This document shows positions 39,155 to 49,999 of a stretch of DNA of 64,000 bases, piece after piece. The DNA lies in the NCBI GenBank assembly GCA_950097015.1, contig CATNEN010000028.1:372001-436000 (forward strand). Reading direction: 5' to 3'. The DNA comes from Macrostomum hystrix. Taxonomy: Eukaryota > Animalia > Platyhelminthes. Numbering within the stretch: position 1 is the first letter of the stretch; each line of letters starts with the position of its first letter. Position numbers and translations under genes: made by a program. Below the pieces are notes generated by a model. The model was not told the DNA's origin, did no database searches, and saw only the letters and a program-made list of their open reading frames with translations.

Positions 39155-42100
39155 AAGTTCGACCCCGGTGCGCGCCGGCGAATCGAACGAGCGAGCCCGC
39201 CGAGAACTGGCCAATTTGCGCCTGCTGGCCGACGAAGCTCGTCGAGGCGGCCGAACGCTGTTGGCGACGACGCCAGACGAAGATGAAGCTGTCGCCGATT
39301 GCGCCAAACGATTGCAGGTATAACTGAACTCCAATGCCGATGTACATAGCCGATGTACATTAGCTGATTTACATAGCCAGTGTACATAGCTGATGTACAT
39401 AGCCAGTGTACATAGCTGATGTACATAGCCAGTGTACATAGCTGATGTACATAGCCAGTGTACATAGTGTTGTGCAGTTGATTAATGCACGTACATAGTT
39501 CGTACATGTACACCTCTGATATCGATTGGCGCAGAATATATATAGTCCAATAACTGAGAGCCAACTTGGCGTGAAAGTTTCGGATACTAACTTGGCTGAC
39601 TCGCTACTATTCATTTACAACATTGGCATCGCAAGCTCAAGCGAACACCCACCCCAATAAGCCGGGGTCGGAGTAGACTGAAGTGAAGTGACTGCAAGCC
39701 TGCCAAGCCAAGCGTAAACAACAGCGCCAAACTGCAAAAGTGCAAACTGAAACATGACGAGTGACAGCAACTCAGCAGAAGCGCCGCGGATCAGCGTATC
39801 GCCGCCGGATCAATTCCTGCCGCAGCCGGGCCGACCGGCGAGGCCGTGGAAAGAGTGGAAGGCCCTCTTTGAGAACTACTTACTTGCGGCCGGCTACGAC
39901 ACTTTGCCGGAAGCGAGGAGGCGCGCGCTGTTGCTGCACTGCCTTGGCGCGGAAGGGCAGCGAGTCTTTGCGGCTGTGGCAGCAACGAAGAGGCCGAGTC
40001 CGACAGAACTCGCGGCGACAGTCGCGATTCTGGACGAGCAGTTCGGAGCCAAAGTCAACGTGGTGGCGGAGCGCCACAAGTTTCGGCAGCGCAGTCAGCG
40101 TCCGGGTGAAAAGATTGCGGACTTCGTGGCGGCTCTGTATGCTCTGGCTGGCTCATGTGAGTTCCGCGACATGATGGAAGAAATGATCCGCGACCAGATC
40201 GTGGAGAAGGTCAGCGACAGGCGAATTCGAGAGCGCTTGCTGATCGAGGACGGCCTGACGCTGCAGAAGGCAGTGACGCTGAGCCAGCAATGGGAGACCA
40301 GCATCGCTGAGGCCAGCGCGATAGAGACGGAAGGCGCAGCCGCGGCCGGAGCACAGCTGGAAGAAGAGGTGAAGAGAGTCCGACTACAACCAGACAGGAA
40401 GAACACGGGACAAGGGCGACCAGATCGAGAGTCATGCTCCAAGTGCGGAGGCGGGCACAACAGACGAGCCCGGTGTCCAGCTGAAGGCAAGAGTTGTCAT
40501 GTCTGCGGGAAGGCGAACCATTTCGGCCGGATGTGCAGGTCGCAGGGCGCCAAGGTCGCCGAGGTCATGGACGAGAGCGGCCAAGCCGTGTACATGGTGC
40601 GCGGCGCCTCCAGTCCCGACATCCGCTGCCGGCTGAAGGTGCATGGCATCTGGCTGAATCTGCTTGTAGACTCGGGAGCCAAGGTGTCCATCCTGTCAGA
40701 GAGGACCTTCAGGAAGCTCGGAAACCGGTCGCCACTCCAGCCGTCGACCAAGAAACTCATCGCGTACAACGGCAAGGCAATCGATGTCGTCGGCGAGGCG
40801 GTGCTGTCCGTCAGCTATCGCGGCCAGCTGGTGCCATTTTTCTGCCTTACCGTGGTACGGCAAGGCTCCGACATCATGGGAACGGATCTGATGCAGCACC
40901 TCAGCTTCCAGGTGGTGGACAAGGACGGCGACCTCGTGCGCACAGTCGAAAAAACGGCAGAGCTACCGGTCTGGCTGGCCGAGCGCTTCAAGCCACTGAC
41001 GCAGGGACTCGGGCGGATCCGAGGATTCGAGCACCGGCCCAGGCTGAACCCCGCCGTGCCCCGGTGGCGCAATCGCTACGCCGCATCCCACTTAGCATCA
41101 AAGACAAAGTCCAGGCGGAGATTGACCAGCTGCTGGAGGATGACATAATCGAGGAGATCCAGGCTTCAGAGTGGATTTCGAACCTGGTGATCGTCCCGAA
41201 GCCTGATGGCAAAATCAGGGTCTGCAATGACCTCAGGTGCCCAAACAAGGCCATAGTTCCGGATAAGCAGCCGCTGCCGACATTCGAGGAGCTGACAACG
41301 GAGTTCAAGGGCTCGACCGTGTTCACTAAGCTGGATTTAAATTCTTCGTATCTGCAGTTGGAGCTAGCAGAAGATAGGCGGGACTTAACGGCCTTCATTA
41401 CGGAGAAAGGGCTGTACCGGTACAAGCGCGTATGCTATGGCCTAAACAGCGCCCCGGCGGCCTTCCAGGTTCTCAGCAAGATTCTCCATGGCTGTTCCGG
41501 GACGCTGCACTACATCGACGACATAGTGGTGCACGCTGCCAACGAGGCGGAGCACCTGCGGCGGCTCACGACAGTGCTGGACAAGCTGCTCGCCCATGGC
41601 GTCACGCTCAACGCCTCAAAGTGCCAGTGGGCTGCAGAGACAGTGCAGTTCCTGGGCTACATCGTCTCCGCGAGAGGACTTCAGCCGATGCAGTCTAACG
41701 TTGAAGACATCGAGGCGGTGCCGGAGCCCCAGAACGCCGAGGCAGTGGCCTCATTTCTGGGAATGGTTAAATTCTATTCCAACTTTCTGCACAACCTGTC
41801 CGACATCGCCGAGCCGCTGCTGCTGCTACTTCGCAAAGAGCAGCCCTGGAACTGGACAACAGATTGCCAAAAGGCCTTTTGGAGGCTCAAGAAGATGGTG
41901 GTGTCCCCAACATGCTTGCGATTCTTCAGTCCCGACGACAAGATCATCGTGGCCTGCGACAGCTCCGCGCACGCTCTGGGGGCCGTGCTGATGCAAGACG
42001 ACAGCGCCGGGGTTCGAAGACCAGTCGCTTTCGCGTCAAGGACCCTTTCAGCGACCGAGCGCAAGTACTCCGCATCAGAGAGAGAGGCTCTCGCGTGCAT

Positions 42101-45100
42101 CTTCGCGTGCGAGAGATGGCACTATTTCCTGTTCGGCCGGAGATTCGAGCTGCACACGGACCACCAGGCTCTGACGACGCTGCTGACGGCTCAAGGCAGC
42201 GGCCACCGGCCTCTGCGGCTTCATCGATGGGCCGACCGCCTGCTCGCGTACGACTTCCAAGTCTGCCACGTTCCTGGCAAGAAGAACATCGTGCCAGATT
42301 TTTTGTCGCGCCACGGCGCTCTCGAAGGAAAATGCCCAAGGCAAAGCGAAGAGGACTCGACCGAGCTCCAAGTGAATGCCGTACTGCTATCGGGCGCGCT
42401 GGAGATTGTCAGTCCAAGCGAACTGGCCGAGGCATCCCTGCAGGACCCGGTGATCAATGATGCGGTCACAATGACGCTCCAGGGGTGGCCTAACTCCATC
42501 AAGCAGCTGAAGCCGGAGCTGCAGCCGTTCTGGAGGATGCGGACGCAACTGGCGCTCTGGAATGACGGCAAGTGCCTGGCCAACGGCACCCGAGCAGTAA
42601 TCCCCGCATCCCTGAGGGAGAAGACGCTGCAGCTGGCGCATTTCGGGCACCTCGGCGTGAGCAAAATGAAGCAGCATTGCCGGGACGCAGTCTGGTGGCC
42701 GCAAATCAATCAGCATATCGAGGAATTTGTGCGACATTGCGAGGCCTGCCTGCTTAGCGAGAAGAACTTTAAGCCACCCAAGACGGTCCTGACCCCTACG
42801 AAGTGGCCGACGCGTCCATGGGAGGAACTCCAGCTCGACATCTTCGGGGAGCTGCACTCTGCGCCGAACTCCTGTCGCTTCATCCTGGTGCTGTACGATT
42901 TGCATTCAAAGTGGCCGGAGGCTGCCTGCATGTCGACTGTCACAAGCGCGGATGTCATCGACGCCCTGACAACGTGGTTTAGCCGCTGGGGCCTGCCGAA
43001 GAGCATTAAAACAGACGGAGGTCCGCAGTTCGTGTCCGGCGATTTCGAGGATTTTCTTCAGCGCTGCGGCATCCGGCACCGGCAGTCACCGCACTACCAC
43101 CCCCAGGGCAACGCGGCCGTAGAGCGCTTCAACCGTTTTCTCAAGGACGGCCTAAAGACGCACCTAGAGGAGGGCTACGACTTCAAGGACGCGGTGAAGA
43201 CGCTGCTGTGGTCGTACAGGGCCACCCCGCATGCACTGACTGGAGTGTCACCGGCGGAGCTCATGACAGGCCGGAAGATCAGCACCCAGTTGACAGCTCT
43301 GCAGCCAAGGACAACAGCTCGGCACAGACTGGCGGCCAGCATCAAGCGGAGGCAGCAGCGCGTTTTCGATCAGCTCAACACGACCCGGAGGCCGCCGCCC
43401 ACGTTCATAGTCGGCGACTGGGTGCGCGTGAAGCGGCCGTTCGCCCGCGGCAAGCTGAGCAGCCGCCTGTCCGAGCCACGGCAGATCTCCCGGATCGCGA
43501 GCGCGACCACCGTCATCCTCAGCGATGGCTCCCGCTGGCACGTCGACAACTGCGTCCGGGTACCGCGGCCAGCCGGAGCGCTGCCGCACTGGCCAGCGCC
43601 GGCTCCCAGCGCAGCCGGGACAGCCGCGGAGGCGGCGACGGCGGCAGACCCAGCGAGACAGCAGCAGCCAGCCCAGACGGCGATCCGAGTGAGCTCAAGG
43701 CCGCGAGCGCCGCCGCAATGGTACGGTGAAATCGTGACTCACTGACTCGTTTTTTAGTGACGGTTATTCAGCTGTTATTAGCGATCAGCTGTTTCGATTT
43801 AATTCTCTTTGAAGTACCTGATGCATAAAAAGATCATTTTACTCCTTCGATGCTTGGTAATGCACTTTTATTTCCTGCTCAATATTTGCATAATTATTTT
43901 CGTTGCTCTATCCTTTGAAAGGGAAGGTGAATGTTGTGCAGTTGATTAATGCACGTACATAGTTCGTACATGTACACCTCTGATATCGATTGGCGCAGAA
44001 TATATATAGTCCAATAACTGAGAGCCAACTTGGCGTGAAAGTTTCGGATACTAACTTGGCTGACTCGCTACTATTCATTTACAACACATAGCTGATGTAC
44101 ATTAGCTGATGTACATAGCCAGTGTACATTGCTGATGTACATTAGCTGATGTACATAGTCCGTGTACATAGCTGATGTACATAGCCAGTGTACATAGCTG
44201 ATGTACATGACAGTGTACATAGCGGTTGTACATATCCGATGCACCGGCCGCTTGCAGCCTTCGGGGTGCCAGTTAAGGACTTAAAGTATGGCACCTTGGC
44301 TAATGACCAAAATCATACATGGACTGTAGGTAGGGGGTAATGACTAATGCACAGACAGGTCTAAAACATCGCCGTTAATATATAGAATTGTTGTCAGATT
44401 GAAATAATTAAATCACATCTCTGATCAGATGTCGTGCGTGAACTGCATTGAAGCTGTGTATCGTTCTGTGTACGCCAGCCTAAGTCAGCATCAGCAGCAA
44501 GCTTCAACAGATAATCAGCAACAGCAGCAGCAGCAGCAGTTGAATCGGCTGGCAGTCGCTCGCGCTTGCGACAATATCCTGACATCAGCTCTGGGCCTGG
44601 AGTTGGCCATCAATTTGGCTGCGGGAGCTGGCGGTTCTCCGGACGACAAACTGCTGGAACGACTGGCCGAACAGCTCAGCCAGGGCCTGGCCGAGTTGTC
44701 CAAAGCTGGCCGGCCTGCAAGGCTTGGCGGCGATCCAGCCGATGTTGAGGCTCTGCAGCTGGCGGTCCGATGCGCGGCAACCGCAGTGGCACAGCTGCAG
44801 CACGGCATTCGCTGTGTGCGGGCCACCCTAGCTGGCTGTGAGTTATAGGCGCGATTGGGGCTGCAGATTTACTCTGCAGTTTGTGTTGCAGTTTGTGTTG
44901 CAGTTTGGGCTGCAGTTTGGGCTGCAGTTTGGGCTGCAGTTTAGGCTGCAGTTTCTGCAGTTTTGGCTGCAGTTTGTGTTTTAGTTAAGGCTGCAGTTTG
45001 TGTTTTAGTTAAGGCTGTAGTTTTGGCTGCAGTTTGTTTTGTAGTTAAGGCTGTAGTTTTGGCTGCAGTTTATTTTGTAGTTAAGGCTGTAGTTTTGGCT

Positions 45101-47265
45101 GCAGTTTGTGTTTTAGTTAAGGCTGTAGTTTTGGCTGCCGTTTAATTTGTAGTTAAGGCTGTAGTTTTGGCTGCAGTTTGTTTTGTAGTTAAGGCTGTAG
45201 TTTTGGCTGCAGTTTGTTTTGTAGTTAAGGCTGTAGTTTTGGCTGCAGTTTATTTTGTAGTTAAGGCTGTAGTTTTGGCTGCAGTTTATTTTGTAGTTAA
45301 GGCTGTAGTTTTGGCTGCAGTTTATTTTGTAGTTAAGGCTGTAGTTTTGGCTGCAGTTTATTTTGTAGTTAAGGCTGTAGTTTTGGCTGCAGTTTATTTT
45401 GTAGTTAAGGCTGTAGTTTTGGTTGCAGTTTGTTTTGTAGTTAAGGCTGTAGTTTTGGCTGCAGTTTATTTTGTAGTTAAGGCTGTAGTTTTGGCTGCAG
45501 TTTATTTTGTAGTTAAGGCTGTAGTTTTGGCTGCAGTTTATTTTGTAGTTAAGGCTGTAGTTTTGGTTGCAGTTTGTTTTGTAGTTAAGGCTGTAGTTTT
45601 GGCTGCAGTTTATTTTGTAGTTAAGGCTGTAGTTTTGGCTGCAGTTTATTTTGTAGTTAAGGCTGTAGTTTTGGCTGCAGTTTATTTTGTAGTTAAGGCT
45701 GTAGTTTTGGCTGCAGTTTATTTTGTAGTTAAGGCTGTAGTTTTGGCTGCAGTTTATTTTGTAGTTAAGGCTGTAGTTTTGGCTGCAGATTATTTTGTAG
45801 TTAAGGCTGTAGTTTTGGCTGCAGTTTATTTTGTAGTTAAGGCTGTAGTTTTGGTTGCAGTTTGTTTTGTAGTTAAGGCTGTAGTTTTGGCTGCAGTTTA
45901 TTTTGTAGTTAAGGCTGTAGTTTTGGCTGCAGTTTATTTTGTAGTTAAGGCTGTAGTTTTGGCTGCAGTTTATTTTGTAGTTAAGGCTGTAGTTTTGGTT
46001 GCAGTTTATTTTGTAGTTAAGGCTGTAGTTTTGGCTGCAGTTTATTTTGTAGTTAAGGCTGTAGTTTTGGCTGCAGTTTGTTTTGTAGTTAAGGCTGTAG
46101 TTTTGGCTGCAGTTTATTTTGTAGTTAAGGCTGTAGTTTTGGCTGCAGTTTATTTTGTAGTTAAGGCTGTAGTTTTGGCTGCAGTTTATTTTGTAGTTAA
46201 GGCTGTAGTTTTGGCTGCAGTTTATTTTGTAGTTAAGGCTGTAGTTTTGGCTGCAGTTTATTTTGTAGTTAAGGCTGTAGTTTTGGCTGCAGTTTATTTT
46301 GTAGTTAAGGCTGTAGTTTTGGCTGCAGTTTATTTTGTAGTTAAGGCTGTAGTTTTGGCTGCAGTTTATTTTGTAGTTAAGGCTGTAGTTTTGGCTGCAG
46401 TTTGTTTTGTAGTTAAGGCTGTAGTTTTGGCTGCAGTTTATTTTGTAGTTAAGGCTGTAGTTTTGGCTGCAGTTTATTTTGTAGTTAAGGCTGTAGTTTT
46501 GGCTGCAGTTTATTTTGTAGTTAAGGCTGTAGTTTTGGCTGCAGTTTATTTTGTAGTTAAGGCTGTAGTTTTGGCTGCAGTTTATTTTGTAGTTAAGGCT
46601 GTAGTTTTGGTTGCAGTTTGTTTTGTAGTTAAGGCTGTAGTTTTGGCTGCAGTTTATTTTGTAGTTAAGGCTGTAGTTTTGGCTGCAGTTTATTTTGTAG
46701 TTAAGGCTGTAGTTTTGGCTGCAGTTTGTTTTGTAGTTAAGGCTGTAGTTTTGGCTGCAGTTTATTTTGTAGTTAAGGCTGCAGTTTGTTTTGTAGTTAA
46801 GGCTGTAGTTTCTGAAGGCTGTAGTTAAGGCTGAAATCACAAATATCAGCGATGGATGTTCTTTCAGCCGCCAGTCAAAGTGGCCACTCAAAGGACGACT
46901 CCAGCCCAATGGACGAGCTTCGCTCCCGAGTCCACCTGGCCGTAGAGAATCTGCGACCGTCTGTGGCAACTGTTCTGGCCGTGTCGGGCGAGGCCAGATT
47001 CTCCGGCCGGCCCCTGCGCCTGTCCGAGGACGCCAAAGCTGGCAAGGCCAGGGCATTGGGACACGCCCTGCCGGTTGCCTTAGCAACCGTTGAACTGCTG
47101 ACGGCAATGGCGGCCGCCTTAGAGCAGCAGGGCCAGCAGCAGCAGCAGCAGCAGAGGCAGCGATTAGGACAGTTGGCCGAGGCTTTGAACGCGTCATGCA
47201 CCGAGTGTATGGCTAAGATTAGCCAGTCTGCTATTAACACAACTGACGCCTACGGCCAGAACTAA
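38904..47265 (+). CDS. TLNRD1: Talin rod domain-containing protein 1 (TLNRD1/MESDC1)-like; join(38904..39317,44429..44837,46868..47265); alternative in-frame acceptor at 46850; ~406-412 aa
   Basis: Helical blocks align by eye with remembered human TLNRD1: RVECLVGAQRVQQSAERLLL vs [44 protein letters not shown] vs [44 protein letters not shown]...ALGHALPV vs [20 protein letters not shown]...ILGGAMSV. Introns CAG|gtataa..tcag|ATG (phase 0) and T|gtgagt..ttcag|CC (phase 1). Confidence 0.8.
39337..39467. repeat. 13/26-bp minisatellite (GCTGATGTACATA/GCCAGTGTACATA), left part; continues at 44087-44222 after the LTR element
   Basis: The same units lie on both sides of the retrotransposon. Confidence 0.9.
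39468..39622 (+). repeat. 5' LTR (155 bp)
   Basis: Identical by eye to 43932-44086. Confidence 0.95.
39754..43745 (+). CDS. gag-pol polyprotein, split by a single frame break at ~41060 (ORFs 39754..41148 and 40494..43745)
   Basis: Gag with two Cys/His knuckles (CSKCGGGHNRRARC, CHVCGKANHFGRMC); protease LVDSGAKVS; RT YIDD; RNase H CDSS...SEREALAC...TDHQAL; integrase HFGHLG...CEAC with D-D-E (QLDIFG, KTDGGPQF, AVERFN). Confidence 0.92.
43932..44086 (+). repeat. 3' LTR (155 bp)
   Basis: Identical by eye to the 5' LTR and preceded by the polypurine tract. Confidence 0.95.
44863..46832. repeat. 36-bp minisatellite (TATTTTGTAGTTAAGGCTGTAGTTTTGGCTGCAGTT) filling TLNRD1 intron 2, ~50 copies
   Basis: Direct tandem periodicity. 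It explains the 553- and 694-aa repeat ORFs. Confidence 0.95.
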
Positions 47266-47324
47266 GTCTAGTAAGTCAAAACTGTCTGGCCAGAAACTTT
47301 TACTGCTTAGATGGTATAGCAAGA

Positions 47325-48868
47325 ATCGCAGCAAGAGCAATATGTTATCTAGAATCGCAGCAAAAACCATAGCTAGAATCGCAGCAAGTGCCATAGCTAG
47401 AATCGCAGCAAGAGCCAAAGCTAGAATCGCAGCAAGAGGAGAAGCTAGAACCGCAGCAAGAGGAGAAGCTAGAATCGCAGCAAGAGGAGAAGCTAGAATC
47501 GCAGCAAGAGCCAAAGCTAGAACCGCAGCAAGAGGAGAAGCTAGAATCGCAGCAAGAGGAGAAGCTAGAATCGCAGCAAGAGCCAAAGCTAGAACCGCAG
47601 CAAGAGGAGAAGCTAGAATCGCAGCAAGATCCAAAGCTAGAATCGCAGCAAGAGCCAAAGCTAGAATCGCAGCAAGATCCAAAGCTAGAATCGCAGCAAG
47701 ATCCATAGCTAGAATCGCAGCAAGCGTCAAAGCTGGAATCGCAGCAAGATTCATAGCTAGAATTGTACGAAGAGCCGAAGCTAGAATCGCAGCAAGAACA
47801 ATAGCTAGAATCGAAGCAATACCCGAAGCTAGAATCCCAGCAAGAGCCAAAGCTAGAATCGCAGCAAGAGCCAAAGCTAGAAACGCAGCAAGAGCCAAAG
47901 CAAGAATCGCAGCAAGAGGAGAAGCTAAACGAAGCTTAGCTGAAGCTAAATCGCAGCAAGAGCAATAGCTAGAATCGTATCTAGAGCCGAAGCTAGAATC
48001 GTATCTAGAGCCGAAGCTAGAATCGTATCCAGAGCTGAAGCTAGAATCGTATCTAGAGCCGAAGCTAGAATCGTATCTAGAGCCGAAGCTAGAATCGTAT
48101 CTAGAGCCGAAGCTAGAATCGTATCTAGAGCCGAAGCTAGAATCGTATCTAGAGCCGAAGCTAGAATCGTATCTAGAGCCGAAGCTAGAATCGTATCTAG
48201 AGCCGAAGCTAGAATCGTATCTAGAGCCGAAGCTAGAATCGTATCTAGAGCCGAAGCTAGAATCGTATCTAGAGCCGAAGCTAGAATCGTATCTTGAGCC
48301 GAAGCTAGAATCGTATCTAGAGCTGAAGCTAGAATCGTATCTTGAGCCGAAGCTAGAATCGTATCTAGAGCTGAAGCTAGAATCGTATCTAGAGCCGAAG
48401 CTAGAATCGTATCTAGAGCCGAAGCTAGAATCGTATCTAGAGCCGAAGCTAGAATCGTATCTAGAGCTGAAGCTAGAATCGTATCTAGAGCCGAAGCTAG
48501 AATCGTATCTAGAGCCGAAGCTAGAATCGTATCTTGAGCCGAAGCTAGAATCGTATCTAGAGCCGAAGCTAGAATCGTATCTAGAGCCAAAGCTAGAATC
48601 GTATCTAGAGCCGAAGCTAGAATCGTATCTTGAGCCATAGCTAGAATCCCAGCAATAGCTAAAGCTAGAGTCGCAGCAAGAGCCATATCTAGAATCGCAG
48701 CAAGAGGAGAAGCTAGAATCGCCGCAAGAGAAGAAGCTAGAATCGCAGCAAGAGGAGAAGCTAGAATCGCAGCAAGAGCCAAAGCTAGAATCGCAGCAAG
48801 AGGAGAAGCTAGAATCGCAGCAAGAGACGAAGCTAGAATCGCAGCAAGAGAAGAAGCTAGAATCGCGG
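47325..48868. repeat. 24-bp minisatellite with two variant domains (AGCTAGAATCGCAGCAAGAGCCAA and AGCTAGAATCGTATCTAGAGCCGA)
   Basis: Direct tandem periodicity starting ~60 bp after the TLNRD1 stop. Confidence 0.93.
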
Positions 48869-49347
48869 CAGGATAAGCTTCCAAAATTTTATAAGATATT
48901 ACTGTCTCGTATGTAAGTTTTAACCCAATGGGTGTAATATTTTTGCAAGCTATACTCAAAAAGCTTTTTTTATTTCTTTTTTGCTAATTACCATAATAAA
49001 TACAGGACTTTACACATATGAAAAAAATATTTGCAAGCATTTTTTCTACGCTTGTATTCGCAAGCTTAAAATTCAATGTTACATTTTTGTCATTTTCAAC
49101 ACAGAAATTGCACATTCCATCCATAATGATTAACCAAACAAGCTTATTTCAAATTGAATGTGATTCTGTGCTATACGCAATATGTAAAATATACCGAATA
49201 GTTATTTAGATTTAGATAAGCTACTATTAAAACAGTGAAGGTAAAAGGTGAAAAAATGTTTTCTTTCAAGTCTATCTGTTGTCTATTTATTTTGTCTTTT
49301 ACGCAGAGAGTTTTTTGGCAAACAGGAAAAACAAACAACACAACAGG

Positions 49348-49620
49348 TATGAGATTTCGGTACTTACAATCTCACAGGATGAGATTTCGGTACTTACAAT
49401 CTCACAGGATGAGATTTCGGTACTTACAATCTCACAGGATGAGATTTCGGTACTTACAATCTCACAGGATGAGATTTCGGTACTTACAATCTCACAGGAT
49501 GAGATTTCGGTACTTACAATCTCACGGGATGAGATTTCCGTACTTACAATCTCACGGGATGAGAATTCGGTACTTACAATCTCACAGGATGAGATTTCGG
49601 TACTTACAACCTCACGGGAT
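49348..49620. repeat. 30-bp minisatellite (GATGAGATTTCGGTACTTACAATCTCACAG), ~9 copies
   Basis: Direct tandem periodicity with an internal 7-bp inverted repeat. Confidence 0.92.
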
Positions 49621-49722
49621 TATATTTCTGTAGGTATACTTAACTAATTAATAATAAATAATAACTAAACAATTGCAGGAGGGCTGCGGGTGATGGCACA
49701 TCATTTGATGACAATAGACCAG

Positions 49723-49885
49723 CAGCCAGTCAGGAGGCAATTCTGCACATTTCGCTGACTCCTGAGCGAACTCCTGATGCACACAGGTGTGTACATCTGA
49801 CCTGACTTTCTCATCGTCAAGCAGTGTACACTTTCACTGTGCCTTGGAGGTTGGCCCTCAATGGCGTAAATTTCAGGACAAGCCC
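49723..49885 (-). repeat. Dispersed repeat, copy 2 (inverted relative to 28141-28288)
   Basis: 93-nt core with 7 mismatches to copy 1. Confidence 0.85.
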
Positions 49886-49999
49886 GAGTTCGAGTAAGGT
49901 CCCGAGTTCGATTCCCATCAGCAAAAACTTAGCATTTTTCGGATGCCAATCAGCACCAGAATGAATGTTACATATTGCACTACTGGCAGTACAATGTCC

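Larger units (their letters stand above)
39468..44086 (+). mobile_element. Full-length Ty3/gypsy LTR retrotransposon (Mag-like), 4619 bp, in TLNRD1 intron 1
   Basis: Identical 155-bp LTRs (39468-39622 and 43932-44086, TGTTGT...ACAACA); 5-bp TSD CATAG (39463-39467 and 44087-44091); PBS-like TGG at 39624; polypurine tract GAAAGGGAAGGTGAA just before the 3' LTR; domain order PR-RT-RH-IN. Confidence 0.97.

Noticed and set aside
40494-41058. 5' part of the 1083-aa ORF as genuine pol sequence, or a programmed frameshift before the protease
   Set aside because: The protease is in the gag frame (39754-41148). The upstream part of ORF2 is an off-frame overlap with no motifs.
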